From: Eubacteriales bacterium
GTDB taxonomy: Bacteria; Bacillota; Clostridia; Oscillospirales; CAG-272
Reading direction: 5' to 3'
DNA: 63,003 nt
NCBI GenBank assembly: GCA_045631745.1
Contig: JAZQVI010000040.1
Span: 1-63,003, forward strand
A program made the position numbers and the translations under genes. The notes under the pieces were generated by a model, which saw only the letters and a list, made by a program, of their open reading frames with translations, did no database searches and was not told where the DNA came from. Numbering within the stretch: position 1 is the first letter of the stretch; each line of letters begins with the position of its first letter. This document shows positions 52,106 through 61,160 of the stretch, in pieces.

Positions 52106-52978
52106 TCAGCGATCACCGTTCCTTTCATTTGTTTCGGGGGGGATCAGCAAATCAGTGGAGTCAACAATCTCGACTGTTGCATCACCGTACCATCCATCCG
52201 CCCAGCTTTCCGGCCAGTCCTCCTCCGGAATCGTTGTCTTAATGACAAGATTTTCACATCCGACAAAAGCATTTGCTTCAATGGCGATCAAACTTTCGGG
52301 CAAAACAACCTCGGTCAGGCTTTTGCATCCGGCAAAAGCATACTTGCCAATCTTCCAAATCCCCTCATTCAAGGTCAGTTTTTCAAGAGATGAACAGTTG
52401 ACAAAGGCATATTCTCCCACGTGTGTGACAGTTTCGGGAATTTCAATTTCTGTCAAGGAGGTACAGTTCTCAAACGCATGATCTCCGATTTTAACGAGGC
52501 CATCAAGCAAATAGACCTTTGTGACCCCTATACAATCCTTGAATGCACCATCGAGAATACCAAGCACTTTTTTCTCGTTAAAATACGCGCCTAAATAGAC
52601 GTCGCCTTTCAAAAACTCGTACACTCTCTCAATTTCAACAAAATTTTGATTTTCGCTCTCCGAATAAACAATACCCGCTGTAGTTTCGTACTCCCAAACA
52701 GCCTCAAGCACAATATCTCTTGTGATTTTGCGATGGGAAGCACTCCAGCCGCGCAGATATGCTCCATCCTTTACAACAGACGGCGGAACAGCGTCCTGTC
52801 CTTGCAAAACACGTTGCACCAAGGATCCTCCCAAAAGCGTACCGCCATTCAAATCAAATTCTACAGTGTACGTTTTTTTACTATCAAAGAAGATCAGGGC
52901 CAACAGGATTGCAACAACCAAAAACAGAATTCCAAAAGCAATCAGAATTTTCATTCTGCCTTTATATTCTTCTCTCAT
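52106..52978 (-). CDS. membrane-anchored protein with a Listeria-Bacteroides-type repeat and BspA-type leucine-rich repeats
   Basis: 290 aa from MREEYKGRMKILIAFGILFLVVAILLALIFF (GAGGAGGA RBS). ..YTVEFDLNGGTL....V..G..V..P....K.G..L.GWS.. is followed by ..IG..AF..C.SL..I.. LRR units. Confidence 0.8.
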   Translation of the reverse strand: MREEYKGRMKILIAFGILFLVVAILLALIFFDSKKTYTVEFDLNGGTLLGGSLVQRVLQGQDAVPPSVVKDGAYLRGWSASHRKITRDIVLEAVWEYETTAGIVYSESENQNFVEIERVYEFLKGDVYLGAYFNEKKVLGILDGAFKDCIGVTKVYLLDGLVKIGDHAFENCTSLTEIEIPETVTHVGEYAFVNCSSLEKLTLNEGIWKIGKYAFAGCKSLTEVVLPESLIAIEANAFVGCENLVIKTTIPEEDWPESWADGWYGDATVEIVDSTDLLIPPETNERNGDR

Positions 52979-53110
52979 ATACAGGTCCTCCTCTATGTTT
53001 TTTCTAATTTTAACACATTTAAGTGAATGTTTGGTGAACATTTTGTTAATGCGAGTAAAAGATCCTCTTATTTTGTAAAAAAATGTTTTTTAGAAAGAAT
53101 AAGTTGCCTA

Positions 53111-53144
53111 AAAACAAAAAAGGACAAAGTTTTTTCTTTGCCCT
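53111..53144 (-). terminator. intrinsic terminator of the dap-lysA operon
   Basis: AGGGCAAAG / CTTTGTCCT hairpin followed by TTTTTTGTTTTT on the minus strand. Confidence 0.75.
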
Positions 53145-53162
53145 CTTTTATTACATTTTAAA

Positions 53163-54461
53163 TTACAGCTCGTTTCTGCAGAGATCCTCGTAGGATTCAC
53201 GGCGAATGATAAGCTTGTCCTCACCGCCTGCAACCATAACCATCGCAGGACGCGGGATACGGTTATAGGTCATCGACATCGCATAGTTATATGCTCCCGT
53301 AGTCAAAACAGCAACAATATCGCCACGCTCGGTCGTTGCAGGAACAGGAACATTCTCTTGGAGAATATCTCCGCTCTCGCAGCATCTTCCAACCACCGAT
53401 GCACGCATACCCGCAGGCTCATTCATACGATTTGCGATATACGCCGTATAGGGAGACTGATAGAGCGCAAAACGCGGATTGTCGGTCATACCGCCATCCA
53501 CCGAGACATAGTTCTTGTAACCCGGAATCTGCTTTACGGTTCCAACTGTATAAAGCGTCAGACCTGCATCAGCTACGATACTTCTTCCCGGCTCCATGCG
53601 AACAGCAGGAGGCGTCAAGCCGAGGCTCTCACACTGTGCCTTGAACGCTGCACCCACCTGGCGAATATTTGCAGGAATATCGATAATGGGATGCTCCTCA
53701 AGATAGCGAACGCCGTAACCTCCGCCAAGATCCAGCTCACGGATCTCATACCCGAACTTTGCCTTCATCTGCGCCGAGAAATCCAGCATGATCGCGCACG
53801 CGCGAAGGTAGATATCAGAATCAAACACCTGGGATCCAACGTGACAGTGGAAGCCCATCAACGTGATGTTCTTGAGTGCAAGCGCGTTGGAGACGATCTG
53901 TTCAGCTGCACCCGTTTCAATGGCATTACCGAACTTGGAATCTACCTTTCCGGTAGAAACGGCCTCATAGGTATGCGGATCGATTCCGGGGGTGATGCGG
54001 ATCAAAATCTTTTGGTTGATCCCTCTCTCGCCTGCGATGCGATCCACCGCGTAAAGTTCCTCGTTGTTGTCCACAACAAAGGTTCCCACGCCATGCTCCA
54101 TCGCATAGGCAATATCTGCATCGGTCTTGTTATTTCCGTGGAAATATGCTCTTTCCATAGGAAAATCCACCGATGCCGCCGAATAGATCTCCCCCGACGA
54201 AACCACGTCAATTCCCATGTTCTCCTCTCTCATCACACGATAAATGTGACGGAAAGCAGCAGCTTTTCCGGCATAAAGCGGAAGCGCAGATTCTCCAAAC
54301 GCCTCCTTCATGGCGGTCATATACGTGCGGCAACGCTCGCGGATGCGATCCTCGTCCATCACGTAAAGAGGGGTGCCATGCTTCTTTGCAAGCTCTACGG
54401 TATCCATGCCACCAATGCAAAGATGCCCCTTCTCATTCACAGAAAGATTTTCACAAATCAT
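53163..54461 (-). CDS. lysA: diaminopimelate decarboxylase
   Basis: 432 aa. ..TPLYVMDE..I.., ..YAGKA.. (PLP Lys), ..HCHVGSQ.., ..LDLGGGYG.., ..CESGD.. Confidence 0.93.
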   Translation of the reverse strand: MICENLSVNEKGHLCIGGMDTVELAKKHGTPLYVMDEDRIRERCRTYMTAMKEAFGESALPLYAGKAAAFRHIYRVMREENMGIDVVSSGEIYSAASVDFPMERAYFHGNNKTDADIAYAMEHGVGTFVVDNNEELYAVDRIAGERGINQKILIRITPGIDPHTYEAVSTGKVDSKFGNAIETGAAEQIVSNALALKNITLMGFHCHVGSQVFDSDIYLRACAIMLDFSAQMKAKFGYEIRELDLGGGYGVRYLEEHPIIDIPANIRQVGAAFKAQCESLGLTPPAVRMEPGRSIVADAGLTLYTVGTVKQIPGYKNYVSVDGGMTDNPRFALYQSPYTAYIANRMNEPAGMRASVVGRCCESGDILQENVPVPATTERGDIVAVLTTGAYNYAMSMTYNRIPRPAMVMVAGGEDKLIIRRESYEDLCRNEL

Positions 54462-54469
54462 AATTCACC

Positions 54470-55651
54470 TCAAAGCAAGCGGCGCAGGCGTTCTACTGCC
54501 TCGATCGTGGACTCACGCGTACCAAAGGAGGTCAGGCGGAAATATCCCTCGCCACACGTTCCAAATCCCTCGCCGGGAGTTCCCACGATCTGCGCGTTTT
54601 CCAACAAGTAATCAAAGAATTCCCAGGAGCCCATTCCGTTCGGACAACGGAGCCACAGGTAGGGAGAATTCTCTCCGCCCGTGAACCAAATGCCTTTTTC
54701 TCTGAGGAACTCTGCCAGGATTCTTGCATTTTCCATATAATAGCCGACACATTCCATCGCCTCAGCGTGTCCCTTTTCCGAAACAGCCGCCTCAGCAGCG
54801 CGCTGAACCACATAAGGAACGCCGTTGAACTTAGTCGCCTGGCGTCTTGCCCAAAGCTTTGCAAGCTTGACACCGTTTGCCTCAAGTTCAGCAGGAAGAA
54901 CCGTCCATCCGCAACGGGTGCCGGTAAAGCCAGCGGTCTTGGAAAGACTGCAGATCTCAATTACGCAGGAACGTGCTCCATCGATCTCGTAAACAGAGTG
55001 CGGGAAATCACCCTTGATATAGGACTCATAAGCAGAATCAAACAGAATCAGTGATCCGGTGCGATTTGCAAAATCCACCCACTCGGTCAGCTGCTCGCGA
55101 TTGTAGACTGCTCCGGTAGGATTGTTGGGGGAACAGAGATAGATCAGCCAAGGCTTCTCTTCAATCCCCATGGGCATAGGCAAAAAGCCGTTCTCTGCAT
55201 TTGCCTCAAGCAGAGTTGCCTTCCGTCCGCTCATCAAGTTACTATCTACGTAAACGGGATAAACGGGATCGGGAATCAGGATATCGTTATCGCCGAGAAT
55301 ATCGACCATGTTGCCGATATCGCTCTTGGCACCGTCACTTACAAAAATCTCCTCTGCATCAAGTGCAACACCCATACGTGCATAGTAATCGGCAATCGCG
55401 CCACGCAGAAAATCATATCCATATTCAGGAGCGTATCCGCGGAAAGTCTTGGAGTCCGCCATTTCGTCAACCGCGCGGTGCATCGCTTCGATCACCGAAT
55501 CGGTCAAAGGAAGGGTTACGTCGCCAATTCCCAAACGAATGATCTTCTGCTCGGGATGGGCTGCACTGTAAGCCTTAACACGCTTTGCAATATCGGAAAA
55601 CAGATAACTTTCCTTAATCTCTCCAAAATGCTCATTGATCCGAATCTTCAT
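54470..55651 (-). CDS. dapL: LL-diaminopimelate aminotransferase
   Basis: 393 aa from MKIRINEHFGEIKESYLFSDIAKRV..IRLGIGDVT.PL.. (AAGGAG RBS), ..SLSKTAGFTG.R.G.. PLP Lys. Overlaps the dapF 3' end by 20 nt. Confidence 0.88.
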   Translation of the reverse strand: MKIRINEHFGEIKESYLFSDIAKRVKAYSAAHPEQKIIRLGIGDVTLPLTDSVIEAMHRAVDEMADSKTFRGYAPEYGYDFLRGAIADYYARMGVALDAEEIFVSDGAKSDIGNMVDILGDNDILIPDPVYPVYVDSNLMSGRKATLLEANAENGFLPMPMGIEEKPWLIYLCSPNNPTGAVYNREQLTEWVDFANRTGSLILFDSAYESYIKGDFPHSVYEIDGARSCVIEICSLSKTAGFTGTRCGWTVLPAELEANGVKLAKLWARRQATKFNGVPYVVQRAAEAAVSEKGHAEAMECVGYYMENARILAEFLREKGIWFTGGENSPYLWLRCPNGMGSWEFFDYLLENAQIVGTPGEGFGTCGEGYFRLTSFGTRESTIEAVERLRRLL

Positions 55652-56489
55652 AGTCAAACACTCCTTCATAAGACTTTTGCGCAGGTCCTGTCATCAGCAC
55701 GCGCATATCGCTCTCACATACAATTTTAAGGTCACCGCCGCGCAAACGAACGGTGATGGGGGTATCCATTGGACAAATTCCATTCAAAACCGCAGCTACA
55801 ACGGTTGCACATGCACCTGTGCCGCAGGCATAGGTCTCTCCGCTTCCGCGCTCCCACACACGCATCTGAAGCGTCTTTGAGTCAATCACGCGAACGAACT
55901 CGGTGTTCACACGGTCGGGAAAGATCGCGAGGTTTTCAAAGTTCGGACCGATCTTCTCAAGATCCAAAGAATCCACATCGTCCACAAAGGTAACGGCATG
56001 GGGATTTCCCATGGAAACAGCAGTCAGTCGGTAAACACCGCCGTTAACCTCAACAGGACTGTCGATCATGCGCTCTCCGTCAAATGTAACGGGGATCTCG
56101 GCAGGGGTCAGGATTGCCTTCCCCATATCCACCTCGACCGACTTGACTTTTCCGTTCTCAACATTGAGGTTCAGATATTTGATGCCCGAAAGCGTTTCGA
56201 TGCTCAGTTTCTCCTTGCAAACGATCCCGTTGTCATACAGATACTTTCCAACACAACGGATGGCGTTCCCGCACATTTTCCCCTCACTGCCGTCCGCATT
56301 GAACATTCTCATCTTGGCATCGGCGGTCTCGGAGGAGCAGATCATCACAAGTCCGTCCGCACCTACCGAAAAATGTCTCGGGGACATTACAAAAGAGATG
56401 CGATTGGGATCGTCAAGCTCTTTTTCCATGCAATTTACGTAAATATAATCATTTCCGATGCCGTGCATCTTGGTAAAAGGAATTTTCAT
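55632..56489 (-). CDS. dapF: diaminopimelate epimerase
   Basis: 285 aa. F.KMHG.GNDY.., ..FNADGSE..MCGNA.RC.., ..ACGTGA.A.. Confidence 0.93.
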   Translation of the reverse strand: MKIPFTKMHGIGNDYIYVNCMEKELDDPNRISFVMSPRHFSVGADGLVMICSSETADAKMRMFNADGSEGKMCGNAIRCVGKYLYDNGIVCKEKLSIETLSGIKYLNLNVENGKVKSVEVDMGKAILTPAEIPVTFDGERMIDSPVEVNGGVYRLTAVSMGNPHAVTFVDDVDSLDLEKIGPNFENLAIFPDRVNTEFVRVIDSKTLQMRVWERGSGETYACGTGACATVVAAVLNGICPMDTPITVRLRGGDLKIVCESDMRVLMTGPAQKSYEGVFDYEDSDQ

Positions 56490-56501
56490 CTATCGCGCTC
56501 C

Positions 56502-57254
56502 TCAGTCGGCAAAATTCAAAAAATCCTGCATATTGTAAAGACCGGCAGGCTGCTGGATCAGAAATTCAGCCGCGCAAATCGCACCCTCAGCAAAGAGTGC
56601 ACGGCTATGCGCCTCGTGGCGCAGCGTAATGGTTTGCGTATCGGTTCCAACGATAATCTCGTGGTCTCCGACGATGTTCCCCATTCGGATGGCATGGATA
56701 CCGATCTCGTCCGGATCACGCTTGCCCTGTCCATATCTTCCGAAAATCAGCTTTGCGCCCTTTCTCACGGTGCGAATCGCCTCTGCAAGAAGCAGCGCTG
56801 TTCCACTGGGGGCATCCAGCTTACGATTGTGATGCTTTTCGATAATTTCAATTTCCGCATCGGGCATTGCCTTTGCCGTCTTTTTTGCAAGCTCTGCCAA
56901 AAGCGCCACACCAACAGACATATTTGCCGAGAAAAAGATCGGGATCTGCTTTGCAGCAGCATGAATACAAGCCAGCTCCTCCTCGGTGTGACCTGTCGTA
57001 GAAAGAACGACAGGGATCTTCTTTGCAACGGCGTAGGAAAGCATCGCCTCTGTTCCCGCGTGATGAGAGAAATCAATGATGCAATCGGGGGTCTCACAAA
57101 CCGCATTCCAATCGGTATAACTCGGAAAATCTCTCGTATCCACCGGCAAAATATCAAATCCCGCAACCGGGCGAGAGCCTCTGCATCCGGCAAGGGTGAG
57201 AGCAGCAACCTCTCTTCCCATTCTGCCGCCGATTCCGCAAATCAGAATCTCCAT
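56502..57254 (-). CDS. dapB: 4-hydroxy-tetrahydrodipicolinate reductase
   Basis: 250 aa from MEILICGIGGRMGREV.. ..E.HH..K.DAPSGTA.. motif. The start overlaps the dapA stop by 1 nt. Confidence 0.9.
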   Translation of the reverse strand: MEILICGIGGRMGREVAALTLAGCRGSRPVAGFDILPVDTRDFPSYTDWNAVCETPDCIIDFSHHAGTEAMLSYAVAKKIPVVLSTTGHTEEELACIHAAAKQIPIFFSANMSVGVALLAELAKKTAKAMPDAEIEIIEKHHNRKLDAPSGTALLLAEAIRTVRKGAKLIFGRYGQGKRDPDEIGIHAIRMGNIVGDHEIIVGTDTQTITLRHEAHSRALFAEGAICAAEFLIQQPAGLYNMQDFLNFAD

Positions 57255-58162
57255 CAAGCCTTTCCTCCCTCGGGGATCAGATTCCATTCTTTCATAACTG
57301 CGATCATTTTCGCCTCATGCTCGGGCTCCATTACGGTCAGGGGCATACGAACATAGTTCTCGCAAATTCCCATTGCCGCAGAAGCTGCCTTGACAGGGAT
57401 CGGATTGACCTCACTGAACAATGCATTGATCACGGGAAGCAGGTCAAGCTGAAGCTTGGTGCTTCCTGCGATATCGCCCTTGAAGAATCTATCACACATT
57501 TCAACCGTCTCAGCAGGCATAATATCGGAGAGCACCGAAATGACACCGATTCCACCCAGAGAAAGCACGGGAACGATCTGATCGTCATTTCCGGAATAGA
57601 TATCCATACGACCTCTGACAGCGGCTGCAAGCTCAGCGATTTGAGAAATGTTACCGCTTGCCTCCTTGATGCCAACGATCATGGGATGATCTGCAAGGAC
57701 GGAAGCAGTCGCGGGAAGAATGTTGCACCCCGTTCTGGAAGGAACATTGTAAAGGATCACCGGCTTGGTGCTGACATCAGCGATTGCCGTGAAGGACTGA
57801 ATCAGTCCCTTCTGCGTCGCCTTGTTATAATAGGGCGTCACAACCAGCACAGCATCCGCGCCTACCTCGCAAGCGTACTTGGTCAGCTCGATCGCATAAT
57901 CGGTATCATTGGATCCGGTTCCTGCAATAACAGGAACTCTTCCTCTCGTCTTCTCTACCGTAAACCGAATCACCTCGCGGTGCTCGTCGTCGGTCAGAGT
58001 AGAAGCCTCACCGGTGGTACCGCAGGTAACCAGCGCATTGATTCCCTTCTCGATCTGCCATTCGATCAATCTCTCCAATGCAGGATAATCTACTCCATTT
58101 TCGTTAAGGGGAGTTACCAGCGCGCTCGCTGCACCTTTGAAGACGGTTTTCTTTTCGTTCAT
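57254..58162 (-). CDS. dapA: 4-hydroxy-tetrahydrodipicolinate synthase
   Basis: 302 aa from MNEKKTVFKGAASALVTPL.. (AAAGGAAAC RBS), ..CGTTGE.., ..YN.P.RTG.., ..GIKEASG.. The upstream 95 codons of the track ORF cover the riboswitch and are rejected. Confidence 0.92.
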   Translation of the reverse strand: MNEKKTVFKGAASALVTPLNENGVDYPALERLIEWQIEKGINALVTCGTTGEASTLTDDEHREVIRFTVEKTRGRVPVIAGTGSNDTDYAIELTKYACEVGADAVLVVTPYYNKATQKGLIQSFTAIADVSTKPVILYNVPSRTGCNILPATASVLADHPMIVGIKEASGNISQIAELAAAVRGRMDIYSGNDDQIVPVLSLGGIGVISVLSDIMPAETVEMCDRFFKGDIAGSTKLQLDLLPVINALFSEVNPIPVKAASAAMGICENYVRMPLTVMEPEHEAKMIAVMKEWNLIPEGGKA

Positions 58163-58200
58163 GTTTGTGTTTCCTTTCTGTTTGAGATTGCTCTGTCCGC

Positions 58201-58442
58201 AAAAACAGGCAGAGCGCATAGTTCGAATGCGGCTCTGCCAGTTCACTGATCTCCTTGCCCATTGGAGCAAATCTCTGTGAAGAAGGATAGCTCTCCGCAT
58301 CTCTGCGACAGCATAACGGATTTTCTCACGTTCTGCCAGACCGATCTTACGCCTCGACCGTCTTCGGCATCCGAACCTTTTCCAACCGCAACGCCTCGCG
58401 AAGGCTTTGACACGCTCGGTACTCATTTCAAAATGCGCCTCT
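58201..58442 (-). promoter_or_regulatory. lysine riboswitch (L-box) with terminator expression platform
   Basis: The minus strand shows AGAGGCGC, AATGAGTA, GGAAAAGG, TGCCGAAG, TCTGGC, GCTGTCGCAGAG and CGGAGAGCTATC in canonical L-box order. It ends with the GGCAGAGC..GCTCTGCC hairpin plus TGTTTTT (58201-58239). Confidence 0.85.
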
Positions 58443-58460
58443 ATCATATTTATATACGCA

Positions 58461-58489
58461 AGTATAGCATATTTTCAAATTGTTGTCAA
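58461..58489 (-). promoter_or_regulatory. sigma-A type promoter of the L-box/dap operon
   Basis: Minus strand TTGACA (58484-58489), 17-nt spacer, TATACT (58461-58466), about 20 nt upstream of the riboswitch. Confidence 0.6.
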
Positions 58490-58528
58490 GTTCTTTTGCA
58501 AAAAAACGGCTGTATTTTGCGCGTTTTT

Positions 58529-59377
58529 TTATTGTTTTTCGACCGACCCCTTGGAATTGAGCGGAAGGACCTCCCAACCGCGTCCTGTCGGCACGGCAAA
58601 CCCACCGATTCCGCAAGATCTTGCATATCGAACAGCATCGTCAAAGGCATACGTCAGCGCGTCCTTTCGATGCGCATCCGAACTCAACGTGACCCTGCCT
58701 CGCTTCTCGGCAATCCGTCTGAGTACATACGGAGAAGGATACGGAAGACTTCTATATCCCCTCGCCATCGCCCCCGTATTGATCTCAAAGATCACGTCAT
58801 GGCGTAGCAGCTCGTCCAGTGCATCCATCATGGGACGGCGGTAGCGGTAATCGTCCGACGCAAACATCCGATCCCCTTCGTTAAACTTTTCAATCAAATC
58901 AAAGTGTCCGATGATATCACAGCCGGTTCGGCCGGGAAGCTCTGCCACAGCCCTATAATACGCTGCGGCATATCGGTAAAAATCTCCGCCAAAGCATTCC
59001 TTCACAGTCCGACGGACATCCTCCTCGGAAAGATCGACCGCGTGATATTTTCCGTCTTGCAAAACATAGTGAACCGATCCGATGACATAGTCGAACCCCA
59101 ACGCCTGCTCCTCGGTATAAAGATCCTGTTCGATTCCGCATAGAATGCGGATCTGATCTCCGTAGTTCTTTTTTAGACGCTCGACCTCATTACGATATGC
59201 GAGTGTCGACTCGGGCGTCATGCAATAATCCGGATCGAATGCCGTGCAGGAATGTCCCGAAAAGCCGAGGATCTCCAAACCTTGTCGGATCGCCTCGCCA
59301 ACGATCTCCTCCGGAGTGTCCCTTCCGTCGCAGAAGGATGTATGGGTATGCAGGTTACATTTTGGATAAAAAACCAT
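58529..59377 (-). CDS. HisJ-family histidinol-phosphatase (PHP domain)
   Basis: 282 aa. ..CNLHTHTSFCDG.., ..GFSGHS.., ..GSVHY.., ..IGHFD.., ..SSDAH.. PHP metal-ligand motifs are intact. Confidence 0.85.
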   Translation of the reverse strand: MVFYPKCNLHTHTSFCDGRDTPEEIVGEAIRQGLEILGFSGHSCTAFDPDYCMTPESTLAYRNEVERLKKNYGDQIRILCGIEQDLYTEEQALGFDYVIGSVHYVLQDGKYHAVDLSEEDVRRTVKECFGGDFYRYAAAYYRAVAELPGRTGCDIIGHFDLIEKFNEGDRMFASDDYRYRRPMMDALDELLRHDVIFEINTGAMARGYRSLPYPSPYVLRRIAEKRGRVTLSSDAHRKDALTYAFDDAVRYARSCGIGGFAVPTGRGWEVLPLNSKGSVEKQ

Positions 59378-59404
59378 ACCATAGGCTCCTCAAAAGGAAA
59401 TATT

Positions 59405-60214
59405 TTAATCCTCTGCTTCGGGAGGCAGATTAGCGGCAACGACCTGTCGAATGTACTCCGTCAACTCATTTTGAGAAGTTGCATTGACACGTTCGCGATC
59501 AATCACTTCGATGATGTCCAATTCAACCACGATGGGAGAAAGTAAAAAACGCTTTGAAATCTTCTCTGTCCCCTGCGTAGTCATGATAACGATGGGCGCG
59601 TTAGCAAGCTGTGCCAGGTAGCAGGCGCCCGTTTTGAAGCGCAAAAGTTTTCCCGTTTTGCTGCGTGTTCCCTCGGGATAGATTCCAACATCCACGCCCT
59701 CGCTCTTCATACGGTCTGCAGCCGCCTGCAAGGTGCGAACTGCGCGAACACCGTTGCCTCGGTCGATCCCAACAAATCCCGCCTGTCGAATAAACGGTCC
59801 CACAATCGGGATCTTAAAATTCGCCTCTTTGGAAATATAGGCAAGCTTACGCTTGTTCAGCGCGGCAAGAACGGTCATTGGATCAAAATCCGATCGGTGA
59901 TTGCTCACCAAAACGCACGGGCAGTCGGGCAATTTTTCCTCTCCCGTGAGACGAATGCGGATCCCCATCACAAGCATTAGCCATCTGAGAGAAAACCAAA
60001 TGATAAAGCGACAGGCCTTGCTGATTTTCTTTGGCGATTTTTTCGGCATCATCAGGGATATCAAAAGCAAAATCGCAAAATAAAGCAGAGCGATTCCCAC
60101 GTAAAACGCGGGAATCACCAGCAAGAGCCATGCCGGATGAAAGCCTTGACCTCCAAGCCAAACCGCCCCCGAAGCAATCAGGGAAAGGAGAATGAAAATC
60201 ACGTTTAAAATCAT
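59405..60214 (-). CDS. plsC: 1-acyl-sn-glycerol-3-phosphate acyltransferase
   Basis: 269 aa from MILNVIFILLSL (GAGGT RBS). Motifs NHRSDFDP (HX4D), ..GFVGIDR.., ..IYPEGTRS.. Confidence 0.88.
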   Translation of the reverse strand: MILNVIFILLSLIASGAVWLGGQGFHPAWLLLVIPAFYVGIALLYFAILLLISLMMPKKSPKKISKACRFIIWFSLRWLMLVMGIRIRLTGEEKLPDCPCVLVSNHRSDFDPMTVLAALNKRKLAYISKEANFKIPIVGPFIRQAGFVGIDRGNGVRAVRTLQAAADRMKSEGVDVGIYPEGTRSKTGKLLRFKTGACYLAQLANAPIVIMTTQGTEKISKRFLLSPIVVELDIIEVIDRERVNATSQNELTEYIRQVVAANLPPEAED

Positions 60215-60239
60215 CTGCACTACCTCTATATTTCGTATC

Positions 60240-61118
60240 TTATACCGTCGCAGGTTCTTTTGCAGGCACGGCTGAACAAACAGAATACTCCGAAACATTC
60301 AAAAACGTCTCTCCGTCAATTTGAAGAGCAACGGGGCGATCAAACTTTACAGTAACCTCATGTCCGCGAATCGCCGTGAAGATATCCTTATGGTTGACGT
60401 GCTCGCCCTTGAAGATGGACGGGAATACAATCAGCGTCTTCAGGCTGCCGGAACCATGCAACGCACAAAAAGTCACTTCTCTGTTTGGATTGAGACGATC
60501 CTGGTCGGGCGCCACCATCATACCGCCACCGTAATATCTACCGTTCATAGTGGGAGCGATCCATACCTTTTTAAACGCATACGTTTTGCCGTCTACGATC
60601 ACCGTAGCATTGGTCGGCTTGTAGTGGAACAACAGTCCCTTGATCGCAATCGATGTATAGTTGATCGGCTTTGTGGTTGTCTTTCGCAATTCATCACCGA
60701 CCTCACAGCAATATCCGTCAATTCCGTATCCGATACCGTTGATAAAACGATAGGATTTCCCGTGAACCGTCACGGTCGGAAGATCTTTGATATATGGCGT
60801 CGCAAAAATCAAGCCGCGTTCGTCAGCGGGTACATCACGGAGAAAATCGTTTCCGGTTCCCGTTGGAAAATAGTAGAAGCGCTCCGGAATAACCATTCCG
60901 TCAGTATCATTCACAAAGCGATTCAGGGTTCCGTCACCACCTGCCAAAATCAAAGCATCCGTGTCGGAAATCCCCTTCAAAAAAGCTTCCATGTTTCCAA
61001 CTTCTCTGACATCACAGAAGGAGAGCTCTCCGTCCGTCAAAATTGTTTTCAGTTCATTCACGCGGCTCTGTCCAAACCCGTTTCCGGAGATCGGATTGTA
61101 CAAAATAAAGTACTTCAT
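60240..61118 (-). CDS. diacylglycerol-kinase-family lipid kinase (YegS/BmrU-like)
   Basis: 292 aa. MKYFILYNPISGNG.., ..LILAGGDGTLNRFVN.., ..PTGTGNDF.. Confidence 0.88.
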   Translation of the reverse strand: MKYFILYNPISGNGFGQSRVNELKTILTDGELSFCDVREVGNMEAFLKGISDTDALILAGGDGTLNRFVNDTDGMVIPERFYYFPTGTGNDFLRDVPADERGLIFATPYIKDLPTVTVHGKSYRFINGIGYGIDGYCCEVGDELRKTTTKPINYTSIAIKGLLFHYKPTNATVIVDGKTYAFKKVWIAPTMNGRYYGGGMMVAPDQDRLNPNREVTFCALHGSGSLKTLIVFPSIFKGEHVNHKDIFTAIRGHEVTVKFDRPVALQIDGETFLNVSEYSVCSAVPAKEPATV

Positions 61119-61160
61119 CTAAAAAACTCCTTTCTCAAACCGTTTTCTGTCTCCTATAAA

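Noticed and set aside
46835-58249. Other long antisense ORFs (46835-48043, 49313-50563, 53358-54611, 55998-57356, 57317-58249) and 9-1235 at the left edge
   Set aside because: Each lies opposite a confidently identified gene (msmK-type ATPase, tex, lysA, dapF/dapB, dapA, rhaA) and lacks motifs or an RBS. The pervasiveness reflects genome-wide codon bias, not overlapping genes.
58163-58447. N-terminal 95 codons of the 397-aa dapA ORF in the track
   Set aside because: This stretch is the lysine riboswitch and its terminator. The DapA homology starts at MNEKKTVFKG, which has its own RBS (ATG at 58162).
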